DNA from: Takakia lepidozioides
Lineage: Eukaryota; Plantae; Bryophyta
Direction: 5' to 3'
NCBI GenBank assembly: GCA_030704615.1
Contig: CM060732.1
Location: 50,840,001-50,904,000 of the forward strand
Length of the DNA stretch: 64,000 nucleotides
Shown here: positions 63,982 to 64,000 of the stretch, piece by piece
Numbering within the stretch: position 1 is the stretch's first letter
Layout: the number at the start of each line of letters is the position of its first letter
Made by a program: the position numbers and the translations under genes
Notes under the pieces: model-generated
The model's input: only the letters and a program-made list of their open reading frames with translations
Databases searched by the model: none
What the model was told of the DNA's origin: nothing

Positions 63982-64000
63982 GTAAGTGAGAAGCTCTTTC

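Overview
Eukaryotic nuclear DNA from a seed-free land plant, most likely a bryophyte (inferred from PLS-PPRs, Tcn1-like Ty3 elements, Di19, intron-containing genes). The left ~36 kb is a nested transposon cluster built on a decayed gene that appears to fuse OSB/PTAC9-type 'PDF' ssDNA-binding motifs to a PLS-class PPR array. Inside it lie four things. (i) A large putative DNA element carries a spliced gene with the beta-class N4-C/N6-A DNA methyltransferase layout, surrounded by ~13 copies of a 19-bp palindrome ACCTTCG-N5-CGAAGGT. (ii) A 6.7-kb GCM-DDE-SWIM Mutator-like element has a 10-bp TSD and an inverted catalytic core. (iii) A complete Ty3/gypsy chromodomain LTR element sits inside an older one. 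(iv) There is a 5'-truncated LINE. The right ~28 kb holds host genes: an internally doubled F-box/LysM gene, Di19 with a U12 AT-AC intron, NDUFA13/GRIM-19, a presenilin pseudogene and the 5' part of INDL/NUBPL, plus piggyBac-like and unclassified TE remnants. All calls are by eye from sequence motifs; no database search was run.
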